In this document: positions 13,157 through 24,800 of the stretch, piece after piece | How the letters are laid out: each line of letters opens with the position of its first letter | Numbering within the stretch: the stretch's first letter is position 1 | From: Malacoraja senta | Lineage: Eukaryota | Assembly: GCA_038087875.1 (NCBI GenBank) | Contig: CM075989.1 | Span: 17,672,001-17,736,000 of the forward strand | Direction: 5' to 3' | Length of the DNA stretch: 64,000 nt | Made by a program: the position numbers and the translations under genes | Notes under the pieces: model-generated | The model's database searches: none | What the model was told of the DNA's origin: nothing | What the model saw: only the letters and a program-made list of their open reading frames with translations

Positions 13157-13770
13157 CAGTTCCTGGGCGTGCATATCTCTGAAGATCTGCCCTGGACCTA
13201 GCACAATGATGCAGTCATAAAGAAAGCCCATCAACGCCTCTACTTCCTTAAAAGATTGAAAAGATTTGGTATGTCGACATATACTCTTGAACTTCTACAG
13301 GTGTGGGGTGGAAAGCATATTGACTGGTTGCATCACAGCCTGGTTCGGCAACTCGAACGCCCAGGAACAAAGAAGATTACAAAAAGTGGTCCACGGTCAT
13401 TACTTCCCCACCAGCCAGCATCGTTAAGGGCCCTCACCACCCTGACCACGCTCTCATTTCACTCCTGCCATCGTCAAGATGTAGAGGAGTCTGAAAACTG
13501 TGACATCCAGGTTCAGGAACAGCTTCTTCCCAAAACTCACCAGGGTATTGAACACTATGAACTCCAACTAAACTTCAAACAACGAACTGTCTTGGTTGCA
13601 GCAGGGACTTTGGGCTCTGATTTGTTTTGAACTATATAGATTTTTTTGATTTGTTGAACATTTTTTTGTTTTTTTTACTATTTTATCTATTTAGTACTGT
13701 TTACAAATATGTTGTGCTGCTGCAGGTTAGACATTTTTTGTTTCCGTTTCCATACACATGACAATTGACT
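13157..13770 (+). mobile_element. Rex1/Babar-type LINE 3' fragment
   Basis: FLGVHISEDLPWT..KKAHQRLYFLKRLKRFGMS.. with frameshifts. Confidence 0.8.
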
Positions 13771-14139
13771 AAAAAAATACCAAATATAATAAAGGGATAT
13801 TCAAGAATCCGTTCCATAATGATCTTAAAACATCTAGTGACATTTAAAACCTTGATAATTAGCCAATTGAAGATGAGAAGCAGTGGGTGTAGTGTATCCG
13901 GACTTTCAGAAAGCCTTTGATAAGGTCCCACACAGGAGATTAGTGGGAAAAATTAGAGCACATGGTATTGGGGGTAGGATATTGACATGTAATCTCTTCC
14001 CAGACAGAACTCAAAATTGTGTGTCTGCTTCAGGAATCTGATGCTGGACAAAATGGCCTGCCTAAATGGTCTAGATTTCAGGGTCTAGATGCGGACAATT
14101 TTAGCCTAGGATATGAGACTTTGTTTGCTTATCCTTGGA

Positions 14140-14215
14140 CACAAAGTGCTGGAGTAACTCAGCAGGTCAGGCAGCATCTCTGGAGAGTTTTGGGTTGAGA
14201 CCCTTCTTCAGACTC
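14140..14215 (-). mobile_element. Short Penelope-derived unit (hammerhead-motif family), internally deleted
   Basis: gctggagtaactcagc..gacccttcttcagact, with a near-perfect 12-bp TSD CTTATC(C/T)TTGGA at 14128-14139 and 14216-14227. Confidence 0.75.
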
Positions 14216-14341
14216 CTTATCTTTGGATGCTTATCCAAGGATTTGGAGGATTTTGCAAAGACAATGTTGGTGGTCCAACTCTCCAACCTCTCTTCATTAT
14301 AACATCATGAGATTTTTCCTTCCATTTGAAAGTTCTAGCAA

Positions 14342-14608
14342 ATCCTGGGGGGGGGAGGACAGTGGGGCATATCTACATTTTTTTTCTCTCTCCTTTCTCT
14401 TTTTTCTTCTCGCACTTCTTTGGTAGTTCAGGGGTCTTTTCTTCTCTCTCTTTTGCATCTTTTTCTTCATTCTTTCCTTTTTTCTCTTTTTTTCGATTTA
14501 TGTATCAATTTATAAAATGTTAAAAATGAAGCTGTACGAAAATTGTATAACTCATGCCAATTGCTTTATTCTTGTACAATTGCTTCTAATAAAATAAACA
14601 TAAAAAAA
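14342..14608 (+). mobile_element. L1/Tx1-like 3' UTR retrocopy with poly(A)
   Basis: T-rich body, AATAAA and A-tail, with a 14-bp TSD GAAAGTTCTAGCAA at 14328-14341 and 14609-14622. Confidence 0.8.
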
Positions 14609-15114
14609 GAAAGTTCTAGCAAGACCTTGGTTTATTCCCCAAACAGAGAAAAAGCACTAGCAATGGTGCAGCATCTACTCAATAATGCACTGGAGTGACA
14701 ATGTGGATTTTTGACTAAACCTCATGTCCTGACCCAATTCAGATGTATGTATCACCAACCAATCCAACAATGCACAGAGAAGAAAGATTTAAAAAAGGTA
14801 AACTTGAGACTGTGGAAAGTGAAGCAAAGTTTTAACTATGTTTAAGGGCACAAAGGCAGAAAATTGGAAATATGGACTTATTGATTAGGGTTGGAGAAGA
14901 GAAACAGTGGAATCATTTTTTTGCAACTTTTTCCACTATTATCACCTTGCATTTAAATAAAAATGACAGAGCAACTAAGAGTTGCTAAATTAATGTATAG
15001 TTCATAGCTTCCATTTTTCTTTCTGTAGCTAATCAGATTTTTGAAGTAGTGTTCAGTTGTAGAATCCTCGAACTATATTATGGGACTGCCATTTCCAAAA
15101 GACACAGTACAGAG

Positions 15115-15320
15115 TTAAAATGGGGGGGGGGGACTATGTATTAACTCAGCTGTAATTTCTACATGGTGAAACCAAAATGTATAAAAATACCCTTTAATAA
15201 AATCTGACAATGTGCACTTTAACCACATGTGATTTTTTCTATTACAAATCTCAAATTGTGGAGTACAGAGGCAAATAAATAAATGATGGGTCTTTGTCCC
15301 AAACATTATAGAGGGCACTG
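15115..15320. mobile_element. Tc1/mariner-like terminal fragment
   Basis: Ends ..gggtctttgtcccaaacattatagagggcactg (reverse complement begins CAGTG, a Tc1-like TIR). Second near-identical copy at ~26995-27152. Confidence 0.7.
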
Positions 15321-16299
15321 CAGGTCTATGTTGCAGCTTTACTAAGTTGACATCTGATTTCTAGGTATGTTTAATCGCTTCTTGCCAAGCCCTCATGCAT
15401 TCTTCTGTGAGCAAGGGTTGCTCCAGACTTGACTGTAAGAATGGAGTGAACTACATGCCAGGGCCATGATATAAGAGATTAGGGTGGTATACATTTTTGC
15501 TGCACCTAATGCCCCCCCCCCCCCCCCCGTGTCCCAAGGATGTCCCGTGTTGAGTTGATATTGAAATGGCAGTGCCACATAACATGGCAGTTTTTAACTT
15601 TTTTGCATGTATTGTCATTCAAGGATAAATCAAATTTACAACAATTCACTAGTTTTGCCATATTATAATATTGTAATCAATTTAGGTTTTTATCCTGCAT
15701 TCACCATGGAAAGCAATTAGAAAATAATGTTCATCAGCCTTGTCAAAATCCAAATATAAATAGATTCATATGTTATTGGTAGAGAACATGCATTTATTGT
15801 ATATCTAAACATGCCGAAAGAATAATGATCACTAAAATTATTTTATCCCCTTCCTAAAATTAGCAACGTTGAAACTGGGTGTTCAAAAAATGTTGTGAGG
15901 GCACATAAACAGGTTAATCTAAATTCCTTGAATTCCAATTATATATTTTGTGTTTTCAAAGCATTTTTTGGCTTGCAATATACAATAGACAATCGGCAAT
16001 AGGTGCAGGGATAGGCCATTCGGCCCTTCAAGCCATTTACTGTGATCATGGCTGATCATCCACAATCTGTACCCCGTTCTTGCCTTCTCCCCATATCCCT
16101 TAATTTTTTACAACCTTTAAATTACTGCCTTCAATTTTTCAAGCAAAGTGAATGATGATTGAAACAATTATCTAATAATGACGTGGTCACAATTTTGTAT
16201 GCAGTCATGAACCAGTAGACCATGGGCCAAACTGCCTAATTCTGCTCCTATCACGTATGAACTTTCTGTACTCTCCTTTGTTTTTTGGCATTCAAGTTA

Positions 16300-16685
16300 C
16301 TGAACGCAAGTTTCACAACCAGTCAGTATGCTATCCACCTGCAAAAGCTCGAAAAGAGTATTCAACAAAATGTAAAACCTCCTCAGGAAGTAAAATGGTG
16401 GAGCTCTCTTTGTGATTGCATCAATGTGCTGGGCCCAGGACAGATCACCAGAGATGGGTGCTCCCAGGATCTTGAAGCTGGTGACTCTCTCCACCATTGC
16501 CCAGTCAATGACGACAGGTTCATGGATCTCCATCTTTCCCTTCGTGAAGTCAACAATCAGCTCATTGGTCATGCTCATATTGAGAGCAAGGCTGTTACTC
16601 TGCACCATTCAACCGGATTATTGATCTCCCTCCAGTATCATTAATCCAACGTTATTTGTCCAATGGTGGTATTATCAGTGAATTT
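16300..16685 (-). mobile_element. Rex1/Babar-type RT fragment
   Basis: LALNMSMTNELIVDF..MVERVTSFKILG..ISGDLSWAQHIDAITKR..YFLRR. Confidence 0.8.
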
Positions 16686-17224
16686 AAGGTATATAGTACC
16701 CTATCAATGAGTTATCAATAAACCAAAATGTTTTGGGGCACACTGATCAAAGTCATAGAATAACCAACAACCTTTAGTAAAAACACAAAGGTCACTAATT
16801 TGGTTTGATGGTGGTAACACATGGTGGTTTATTTTCCAAGCAAAATATTTATTTTTGCTATAATTGCAACACAATTTCTTTGCACAAGCTACAATAACAG
16901 GTAAAATCTATTTAAAAATAGACAAATATATAGTTTCAGTGCTTATCATGTAATCACACTTGCAAGTATTTGTTCTGGCACAATACTTCCTCACACACGA
17001 CAGCTCAGCCTTCCAAACCAGTAGGGGGCATTTCCTGGATGATTATTATACCATAATCTGTATCAAAGACTTGAAATTCTATCACCATACATTTTATGTA
17101 CACTGATTGATTTCAATTGCTGAAAAAAATTAAAGTGAGAGCTTGTAGCACAGTAAAATAATAATTTGATAACCCCTAAGTTAAGCCATGGTGGATATTT
17201 TCTTTAAATCATTGTCATATTTGA

Positions 17225-18185
17225 AAAAAAGACAAAATGCTAGAGTAACAGTGGACCTGGCAGCACCCCTGGAGAACATAGATAGATGACGTTTCAGGTC
17301 GGGATCGTTCTTCAGACTGATTGTAGGGGGAGGGGAGGGAAAACTAAAGTTGGCAGAGAGAAGAGGCAGGACAAAGCAGGCAGGTAATAAATAGGTGAAC
17401 ATAGGCGGGGGGGGGGGGGGGTTGATAGACAGATAGTTGGCAAAGGCTACAGATTTTTAAAAAAAGGTGCGAGACAGAAGGATTGCGGAGTTGAAAATTT
17501 CAAGCCAGAGAAAGGAATGTAGGTGAATGGGGAGGGGGGGAAGGAGAAATAGGCGTGTTGAGATGGGGCATGTGGAGGGGGGATTGATACAACACTCAAA
17601 AGATTCCGGGCCTACCATGACGTAGAGCTCGTTTTCCATTGCCTCTGCTTCTGACCCCTTCTCCCGTCTCCAGCATTTTACTTCCCCCTGCTGACCCTCA
17701 ACCCTCTATGGACCTGTTTATTTCTAATAAACAGGCGCCACATCAACCATCTTGACTTCTCTACTCCCCTTACACACTCCAATCTCACCCCCTCTGAACA
17801 CACATACCTCTGTTCACTCAGCAGAAATCCCAACGTTGGTATTAAAACAGCCAACAAGGGAGACTGGTTGTAGACTGGTTGGCTGACCTTGGCTCTTGGA
17901 CACCTCCTCATACTTACCCCTTGACCATGACCCCACAGATTAACACCAGGCCATCATCTCCCAGACTGTTTTCGATCTCAACTCCTCTGACGATCTCCCC
18001 TCCACAACCTCCAATCTTATCGTTCCCAGCCCCACATGCCTCTCATCTATCTCCTCCCCATAACTACAAACAGGACTGCCGCAGCAGGCCCGTTTTTTCT
18101 GCCTGCTCCTGCCTCACTGAACTTATCTCCACATACCTTGATTCCATCCTATCCCTTTTGTCCAGTCCCTTCCCACCTACATCAG
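17225..18185. mobile_element. Penelope-like element remnant: inverted 3' repeat (17225-17570, minus) next to an RT fragment (17640-18185, plus)
   Basis: Plus strand gives IKTANKG.., DPTD*HQAIISQTV and KQDCRSRPVFSACSCLTELISTYLDSILS (PLE RT motif K...RPIVS). The minus part matches the 3' UTR and hammerhead motif. Confidence 0.75.
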
Positions 18186-19984
18186 ACATGGGTGGTCTCA
18201 TTTTCTCAATGACCTGTGCTATTGCAACAGGATTATGGTGAGGTCTTCTGTCTGCTTCATAGACATAAAAGCATCACCTGGACTCGGTGTGACACTGGGA
18301 AGGTGAGAAACTCCCAGCAGAGTCGCTGACATCTTCCACAAGATGCACCAGTGAGCCCTTCTTCACCAGCCGTCCAGTTAACACGGTTGTTGTTGCGACT
18401 CACATTGTAGCCCCTAGTCGACAGCGGTTTCACCAGACCATCGCCATCAACTGGACATGTCCAGACACGGTGGGCTCCCTCCCCTCACCAGCTGCCGCTT
18501 CGTCCTGTTGGCTGACATTTTGTCCACTCCGCCGCTCTCCCAGGCACCACCGTCCCCTCCTCCTTCTCCCCCGAGACCAAGATGGAAGGTTTTTGCCAAT
18601 TCCAGGGAGTAGGAGCAGGTGGTGGAGGGGGGAGTGGTAGAATGCACAAAGTGACGGCCTACGGAAGAAGCTGCAGCTGGTGAGAGGGGAGGGAACCCCA
18701 AGGTAACAGAATGCCCCACGATGTAAGGGAGTGCCTGTATTATCAAGTACACCTAAGTGTTTGCAGTACATGTTAGATAGTAATTCCTTAGCTATTCAAA
18801 TATTCTGTTACCTTCATGCAGAACAGAAAAGAGGAAAATACAGAAGATGCTCGAAATCTGGTTAAAATAGAGAATGCAGGAAATACTCAGCGGGTCAGAC
18901 ACAGCGGGTGGAGCAAGAAACAGCTCGTTTCAGGTCAGTGACCCTGCATCACAGCAAGTTAGACACAGATACATTCAGAGTTGTAACTTTAAACAAATAC
19001 ATTGGTTATAGCAAGCAATAAAAGACTAAATCCCATGCAATTTGTTGCCTTCAGGCCTGTCTTTCTAAACTTGATAAATTCAAAGAGGACTCTTAAACAG
19101 TGCTGTTCCAAAGTATCTGATTCAGCAAAGATCACACTCACTTCATGGTCCCCTGCAAGACTTCTTGATACTGACTCTCATTTTGAGGCCTTCACTCAGA
19201 TTTTCATGTTCTTACACATGGGTCTGTTCAGTTGATATCTTTGTCATTGTGAGTGTACTTTCTAGTATTATACTCAAGTGCTTTCACTTGAAAATGTTCT
19301 TCAGTAACAAAGTGCACTGACCTTCTGTTGTACAGTTTGTGCACAGACGTTTGAAATTTATTTTTCCCCTGAAAGAAAGCTGTCAATGCTTTGTTTAAAT
19401 TGTTTCATCCAGATTCTCATTGAACATCAGAAAACCACAGCCATTCATTACCAAGTTTTGCTCTTGCGACATACAGACTTTTAACCACGTGTCATTTTGG
19501 GAAAGGTTCAGAGGTATTTGCAGCAAGTGCTGGCAAATGGGATTAGTTTAGGTGTGGCATTTCAGTCAGCATGGATGAGTGGGCTGAAGGGCCTGTTTCT
19601 ATCCTGTATGACCATGAATGGGTGATTGTGACCATCATATTTCCTGCAATTTCACTTCCGATCCCTCTGGACACTGCCCATGTCAGTTTGCACTATTGGT
19701 ACATTAGAATGCCCTGTCTCCTTTCTCTAATCAGAAGAGCAAATCATTCCGGACAGAAAGGCTACCAGTCTGTTCCCTCCAAGACTCACATTACTCACCC
19801 AAGCATAAAATTCATACAAAACATGCACCAAGTGACCTTAACGTGTCGCTGCCAAATAATTTTGATTTTAGGGTGTGGTCTGCCTTAATTGTCAGTCGCT
19901 CAATTTTCATTATCAATCTACAGATATATTTCTCTCATCTTTGTTTAGATAAACTATAGAAACACAAGAGGCTGCAGATAGAGT

Positions 19985-20462
19985 TGTCTCAGCCTGGTCC
20001 ATCACGAGCAAAGCCCTCCCCACCATCAAAAGCAATGACATGAGCCATTGTCTCAAGCAGGTGGCATCTATTATCAAGGACCCCCACCATCTGGGCCATG
20101 CCCACTTCTCACTGCTAGCATTGGGCACAAGGTCCAGAAGCCTGAAGTCGCACATCACCTGGTTCAGGAACAGCTAGTTTCCCACAACGATCAGGTTCTT
20201 TCCAGTCCCACATAACCCTAACCCTAAAGAATGGAACTCTACAGGCCACCTTTTGCACGGACGTTATTATGGACGTTATTTTTCTAATTTTGCAGTCTTT
20301 TTTCTTTCTGCTGTTTAGTAGAACTTTGTGTAATTTATATATATATATGCTTTTTGTGTGTTTGTCCAACTATGTGTGCCTGTGACAATGTTGCAAGCAA
20401 GATTTACATTGTACCTGTATCTCACTGAATTTGTATATCTAGCAATAAACTCGACTCGACTT
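19985..20462 (+). mobile_element. Rex1/Babar-type LINE 3' end
   Basis: ..SIIKDPHHLGHAHFSLL..RFRNS; AATAAA followed by a (CTCGA)n tail. Confidence 0.75.
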
Positions 20463-21069
20463 ATGCAAAAGTGAACCTCGTCTCTCTCAGTATGGATGTT
20501 CTGCAAAGTATTCTGTAGTCCATTAACCTTAGTTAGTGATGCTTGGGTAAAGTTGTGAGTGTACATGCCTCCACCCATTACTAAGTAATGCACTGCTACA
20601 ATTTTATTAATGTCAATAGCCTGTCCATTTATCTTAACGTCAGTTGCAAATTCTCTACATTCTTCTACTCTGTTACCAACTCTGTTGCGTATACACGACA
20701 TGCTTTTTTTTCTGCCATATCATTTGCCTCTATGGTGTTCAAGGAACATCTTTACATATTTGTTCAGGGCTCGAAATTAGCGGTTGCTCGGGTGCCAATG
20801 ACCACCCAAAGTGCTGCTGGGCAACCTAAATGCCGAGTCATTTTGCCTGGCTTGGCACGCAGATAAACCAATAGACATAAAAAACTGGAGTAACTCCAGC
20901 ACAGGCAGCATCTCTGGAGAATAGGGACGTGATGTTTCGTGTCGGCGGCGGCTGTATTGTGGGGCAAAGATACTAGGTGTGTGGTGACGAAGTGTTGGAG
21001 CGAATGACAGGCCCCGAACAGCGGCAACAGCAGCCGCGACTCCACCGCCTCCTCCTCCCGCATCGCGCC

Positions 21070-21295
21070 CGGCGGAAGGAGGCCTCCCTCCCTCTGCGTG
21101 CGAGAGGGGTTGTTTTGAAAGCGCCGTTGGCGGATTTGCAAGCAGCGGCCGCTATCGCCCTGATAACGGCCGCTGCTTGCAAATCCGCCAATGGCGCTTT
21201 CAAACAACCCCTCTCGCATGCCGAGGCCGTGAGGAGGGAGGGGGGGGCAAGGGGAGGGGGAGGGGGAGAGAGGGAGGGAGGTCTCCTTCCACCGT
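21070..21295. repeat. GC-rich nested inverted repeat (foldback)
   Basis: Inner ~60-bp arms 21096-21156 and 21162-21221; outer arms ~21070-21095 and ~21268-21294. Confidence 0.9.
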
Positions 21296-21310
21296 CTGAA
21301 GCAGCTGCAC

Positions 21311-21338
21311 CAAAGATCCTATAGCTATAGGATCTTTG
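21311..21338. mobile_element. 28-bp TIR-only DNA transposon remnant
   Basis: Perfect palindrome CAAAGATCCTATAG|CTATAGGATCTTTG flanked by the 8-bp direct repeat AGCTGCAC. Confidence 0.8.
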
Positions 21339-21689
21339 AGCTGCACCGCTCGGCCCCGCACCTTCCTGTCAGCTGGCGGAGGAGGGGGTGCGGTGGCGAG
21401 GAGATCCCAACCGCCACCCCCTTTGGCGGTGGCACTTTGCCGTTGGACAGGGATGGCTAAGGCAGCGAGGCGATGTTGTCCGAGGAGCGCTGACCTTCCT
21501 TCCTCCCCACCTCCTCTGCCCCTTCCCCCCCTCCCTCTCTGTTGTACGCCCCCCTCCACCCCTTATCCTGGGACCCCTCCTCTCCATCCCACACTGATCC
21601 CCATTCCCTCCTCTATTCAGTCCTTACTGACAATCCCTGTGCTCCCCTCCCCATCTACCCCCCCCAATCTATTCATCACCCTACCCGCC

Positions 21690-22345
21690 TCGCATTGATT
21701 CTCCTGCCACCCCCCCCATCCATCCTATACTGGTCCCCCAATTCATCCTGTACTGACCCCCCTTCCCATCCATCCTGCACTTCTCCCCCCATTCATACTG
21801 CACTGATCCTCCCATTCATCCCATACTGACCCACCCTCCATTTACCCTGCACCAATCCCCCCATCCATCCTGTAGTGATCTCCCCATTCATCTTTTACTG
21901 ATGCCCCATTCATCCTGTACTGATCCCCTCATGCATGCTGTACTGATCCCCTCATGCATCCTGTACTGATCCCCTCATTCATCCCGTACTGATCCCCCAT
22001 TCATCCTATACTGATCCCCTCATTCATCCTGTAGTGATCCCCCATTCATCCTGCACAGACCCTCCGATCCACACTGTCCTGACCCCCCCCCCATTCATCC
22101 TGTACTGATTCCCCCCATTCATCCTGTGCTGATCCCCCCCATCCATCCTGTACTGATCCCCCCCATTCAAGAAGAATGTCAACAGTCTGAAGAAGGGTCT
22201 CGACCCGAAACGTTGCCTATTTCCTTCGCTCCATAGTTGCTGCCTCACACGCTGAATTTCTCCAGCATTTTTGTCTGCCCCCATTCATCCTGTACTGACC
22301 CCCTCCCATCCATCCCGTACTGATCCCCCCATTCAACATCACTGA
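21690..22345. repeat. C-rich minisatellite, ~21-23 bp unit CCCCATTCATCCTGTACTGAT
   Basis: Visible tandem array, interrupted by a Penelope-derived unit at ~22170-22278. Confidence 0.9.
22187..22214 (+). ncRNA. Minimal type-I hammerhead ribozyme-like motif in a Penelope-derived unit
   Basis: CUGAAGA-A-GGGU-CUCG-ACCC-GAAAC-GUU. Stem I is weak. Confidence 0.55.
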
Positions 22346-23235
22346 CATCCCCCGTACTCTCCCCTCACAATTTTACATACTCCAACCAACACGTACTAAT
22401 TCACCTGCCTCAATCCATCCATTCCACACCGATTGCCTTCTCAACACCCCCCCCCCCCTCCATCTATCCACCCCGCACTGATTCACACACACCCTGACCC
22501 TATTGTGCTTCATGGTCTTCAGAGCGAACATTGACTATGTTTGATAACGGAATGCAATCAAATGTGTTTTAATTCCCAATGTTATTATTTGTTGTTGACA
22601 CCTTTAAACATATTACCAAAAGAACATTTGCTGCAGTTATGTCCTTTGGCCATCTCTTGTCAGTTAGTGTGATGTTTAACCTGTCAGATGGGTATAGGCG
22701 GTTTTAGAAACATAGAAAAAAGGTGCAGGAGTAGGCCATTCGGTCCTTCGAGCCTGCACCGCCATTCAATATGATCATGGCTGATCATCCAACTCAGTAT
22801 CCTGTACCTATTTTAACAGCTATTATCATAAAATGCCTTTCGAAATTTCCTTGCAACCTGTATATTTTGTTGTGGATAAATTATGCGGGAAGCGAGTGTT
22901 TCTGTGCCAATCGCAATAACGACCCCATGCTATGGCCATGTCACGGTAATTTTCGGTCCTTCACAGAAAACATGCTTGCATCAATCTGTAGTGTGCATGG
23001 TTAAGCATATATGTTACCATGGTCCAGTATTTATTGACACAGGTTGATCATATGCTGAATAATCCAACCACATTTTAGTTTTGGAAGTGGAAAGAACTAA
23101 TAGAAATTGCAATGTGTAAAAAGAGTTGAGATATTGTATTATAATTTTGTTGCATGTCATTGTGGTATATATCATGTCTTGATTGGTGAATATGTTTAGT
23201 TGGTGAGTTATTTGAAGCAGAAATAATATGTGAAT

Positions 23236-23453
23236 GTAGACAAAAGGGCTGGAGAAACTCAGTGGATGCGGCAGCATCTATGGAGCGAAGGAAATAGGCA
23301 ACATTTCGGGCCGAAACCCTTCTTCAGACTGATGCGTTTCGGCCTGAAACGTTGCCCATTTCCTTCGCTCCATAGATGCTGCTGCACCCGCTGAGTTTCT
23401 CCAGCACTTTTGTCTACCTTTGATTTTCCAGCATCTGCAGTTCCTTCTTGAAC
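23236..23453. mobile_element. Head-to-head inverted pair of Penelope-derived units
   Basis: Arms of ~85-90 bp form a long palindrome (23236-23418). Perfect 13-bp TSD ATAATATGTGAAT at 23223-23235 and 23454-23466. Confidence 0.85.
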
Positions 23454-23618
23454 ATAATATGTGAATACTTCATTGAGCATAATTCCGACTGGTAACTACG
23501 CACTTCGTCCGAGCACATTATCGCACGCGTCATGCAAACCGTCTGTCATTTGGTAACCTAAAAAGCTGTCAAGGTTGCCTGGCTGGCAACAGGGAAAAAA
23601 AGTTAAGTGAGAGCCCTG

Positions 23619-24800
23619 GTAGAGGTTTGTAAGATTCATTGGAGACATGTTGAATTTCCTCAATCTCCTAAGGAAATACATGTGTTAATATGCCGTCTTG
23701 GCTGTTGCTTCACTGTGGTTGGTCCAATACAGATCATTGGTAATATTAATACCAAGAAACTTGAAGGTCTCAGCGATTTTCTTCGTCTGCACCAAGTACT
23801 CAAGAAGTCTAGTTCAAGTTCAAGTTCACATTTATTGTCACAGGCACCAATTGGTGCAGTGAAATTTGAGTTACCATACAGCCATACAAATAAAAAAGAA
23901 CACAATACACAATAGAGTTTAACATAAACATCCACCATGGTGGAATCAACATTTCTCACTGTGACGGAAGGCAATAAAGTTCAGTCATCTTCCTCTTTGT
24001 TCACCCGTGGTCGGGGCCTTTGAACCCTCCGCAGTCGCCGCAACGGACGGCCCGATGTACAGGCCCTCTCGTCGGGATGATCGAAACTCCAGCGTCGGAA
24101 CGGATCGGAACACATTCTGCGGCTTGGAGTTTCCGTACTGGCCGCTTCTTACCGGAGACCGCGGCTTCCGAGACCACAGGCCCTGCTGGACGGAGCTCCA
24201 ACACTGCGATCTTCGGCAAGGGATCGCCCCGCTCCGCAATGTTAAAGTCAGCGCCGCGCCCGCAGCTAGAAGCTCCGCAGACCACAGCTCCATGGTGCTA
24301 AAGTCAGCAGGCCCAACACTGGCGATCCCCGGTAAAGGGATCGCCCAGCTCCGCGATGGTAATTCCACGCTGTGCCTGCTGCTGAAGCTCTGGGCTGGTC
24401 TCCGGTAGGAAAGGCCACGTCAATCCAGTTGATAGGCTTCGGGGGGGGGGGGGGTGGGTGGAGGCGAAGATGCGACACAGAGAAAAGACGCATATCCGTC
24501 CAAGTAAGTGACTGAGAAACCGTTTCCCCCTATTGCCCCATCCCCCACCGAAGACATACTAAGAAATATTAAAACATACATTTAGACACACTAAAAATAA
24601 CAAAAAGGGTGAAAGGACTAATGAGCTGCTGGCGAGGCAGCCACTGCGGTGGCGCCACCCTATGGATGGAAAACCCAAAGTCTATAACAAGCTCATTCAT
24701 CTTGCTGACATTGAGGGAGAGGTTGACACCATGACACCATGTTACCAAGTTCTCTATCTTCTTCCTGTACTCCGTCTTGTCATTGTTCATCATCCGGCCC
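23619..24800 (-). mobile_element. Rex1-type RT fragment split by a nested insertion
   Basis: NNDKTEYRKKIENLVTWC..LSLNVSKMNELVIDF (24800-24680) continues as ..ETFKFLGINITNDL.W..YFLRRLRKFNM (23800-23620). Confidence 0.8.
23812..24677 (-). mobile_element. ~870-bp GC-rich non-coding retroelement with Rex1-like tail
   Basis: 7-bp TSD AAGTCTA at 23805-23811 and 24678-24684. Minus-strand 3' end ..ttcactgcacc..tgtgacAATAAAtgt(GAACTT)n. Confidence 0.75.

Noticed and set aside
18200..18771. GC-richer block with two ~100-aa minus-strand ORFs
   Set aside because: No recognisable domain or splice structure. It may be TE-derived, but I cannot assign it.
20764..21829. Several overlapping 100-150 aa ORFs, with the same peptide on both strands
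   Set aside because: Caused by the GC-rich inverted repeat; no splice or homology support.
20765..23618. CAGGGCTC... and ...GAGCCCTG as two ends of one hAT element
   Set aside because: The flanks (TATTTGTT vs GTAGAGGT) are not a TSD, so these are probably ends of separate elements.
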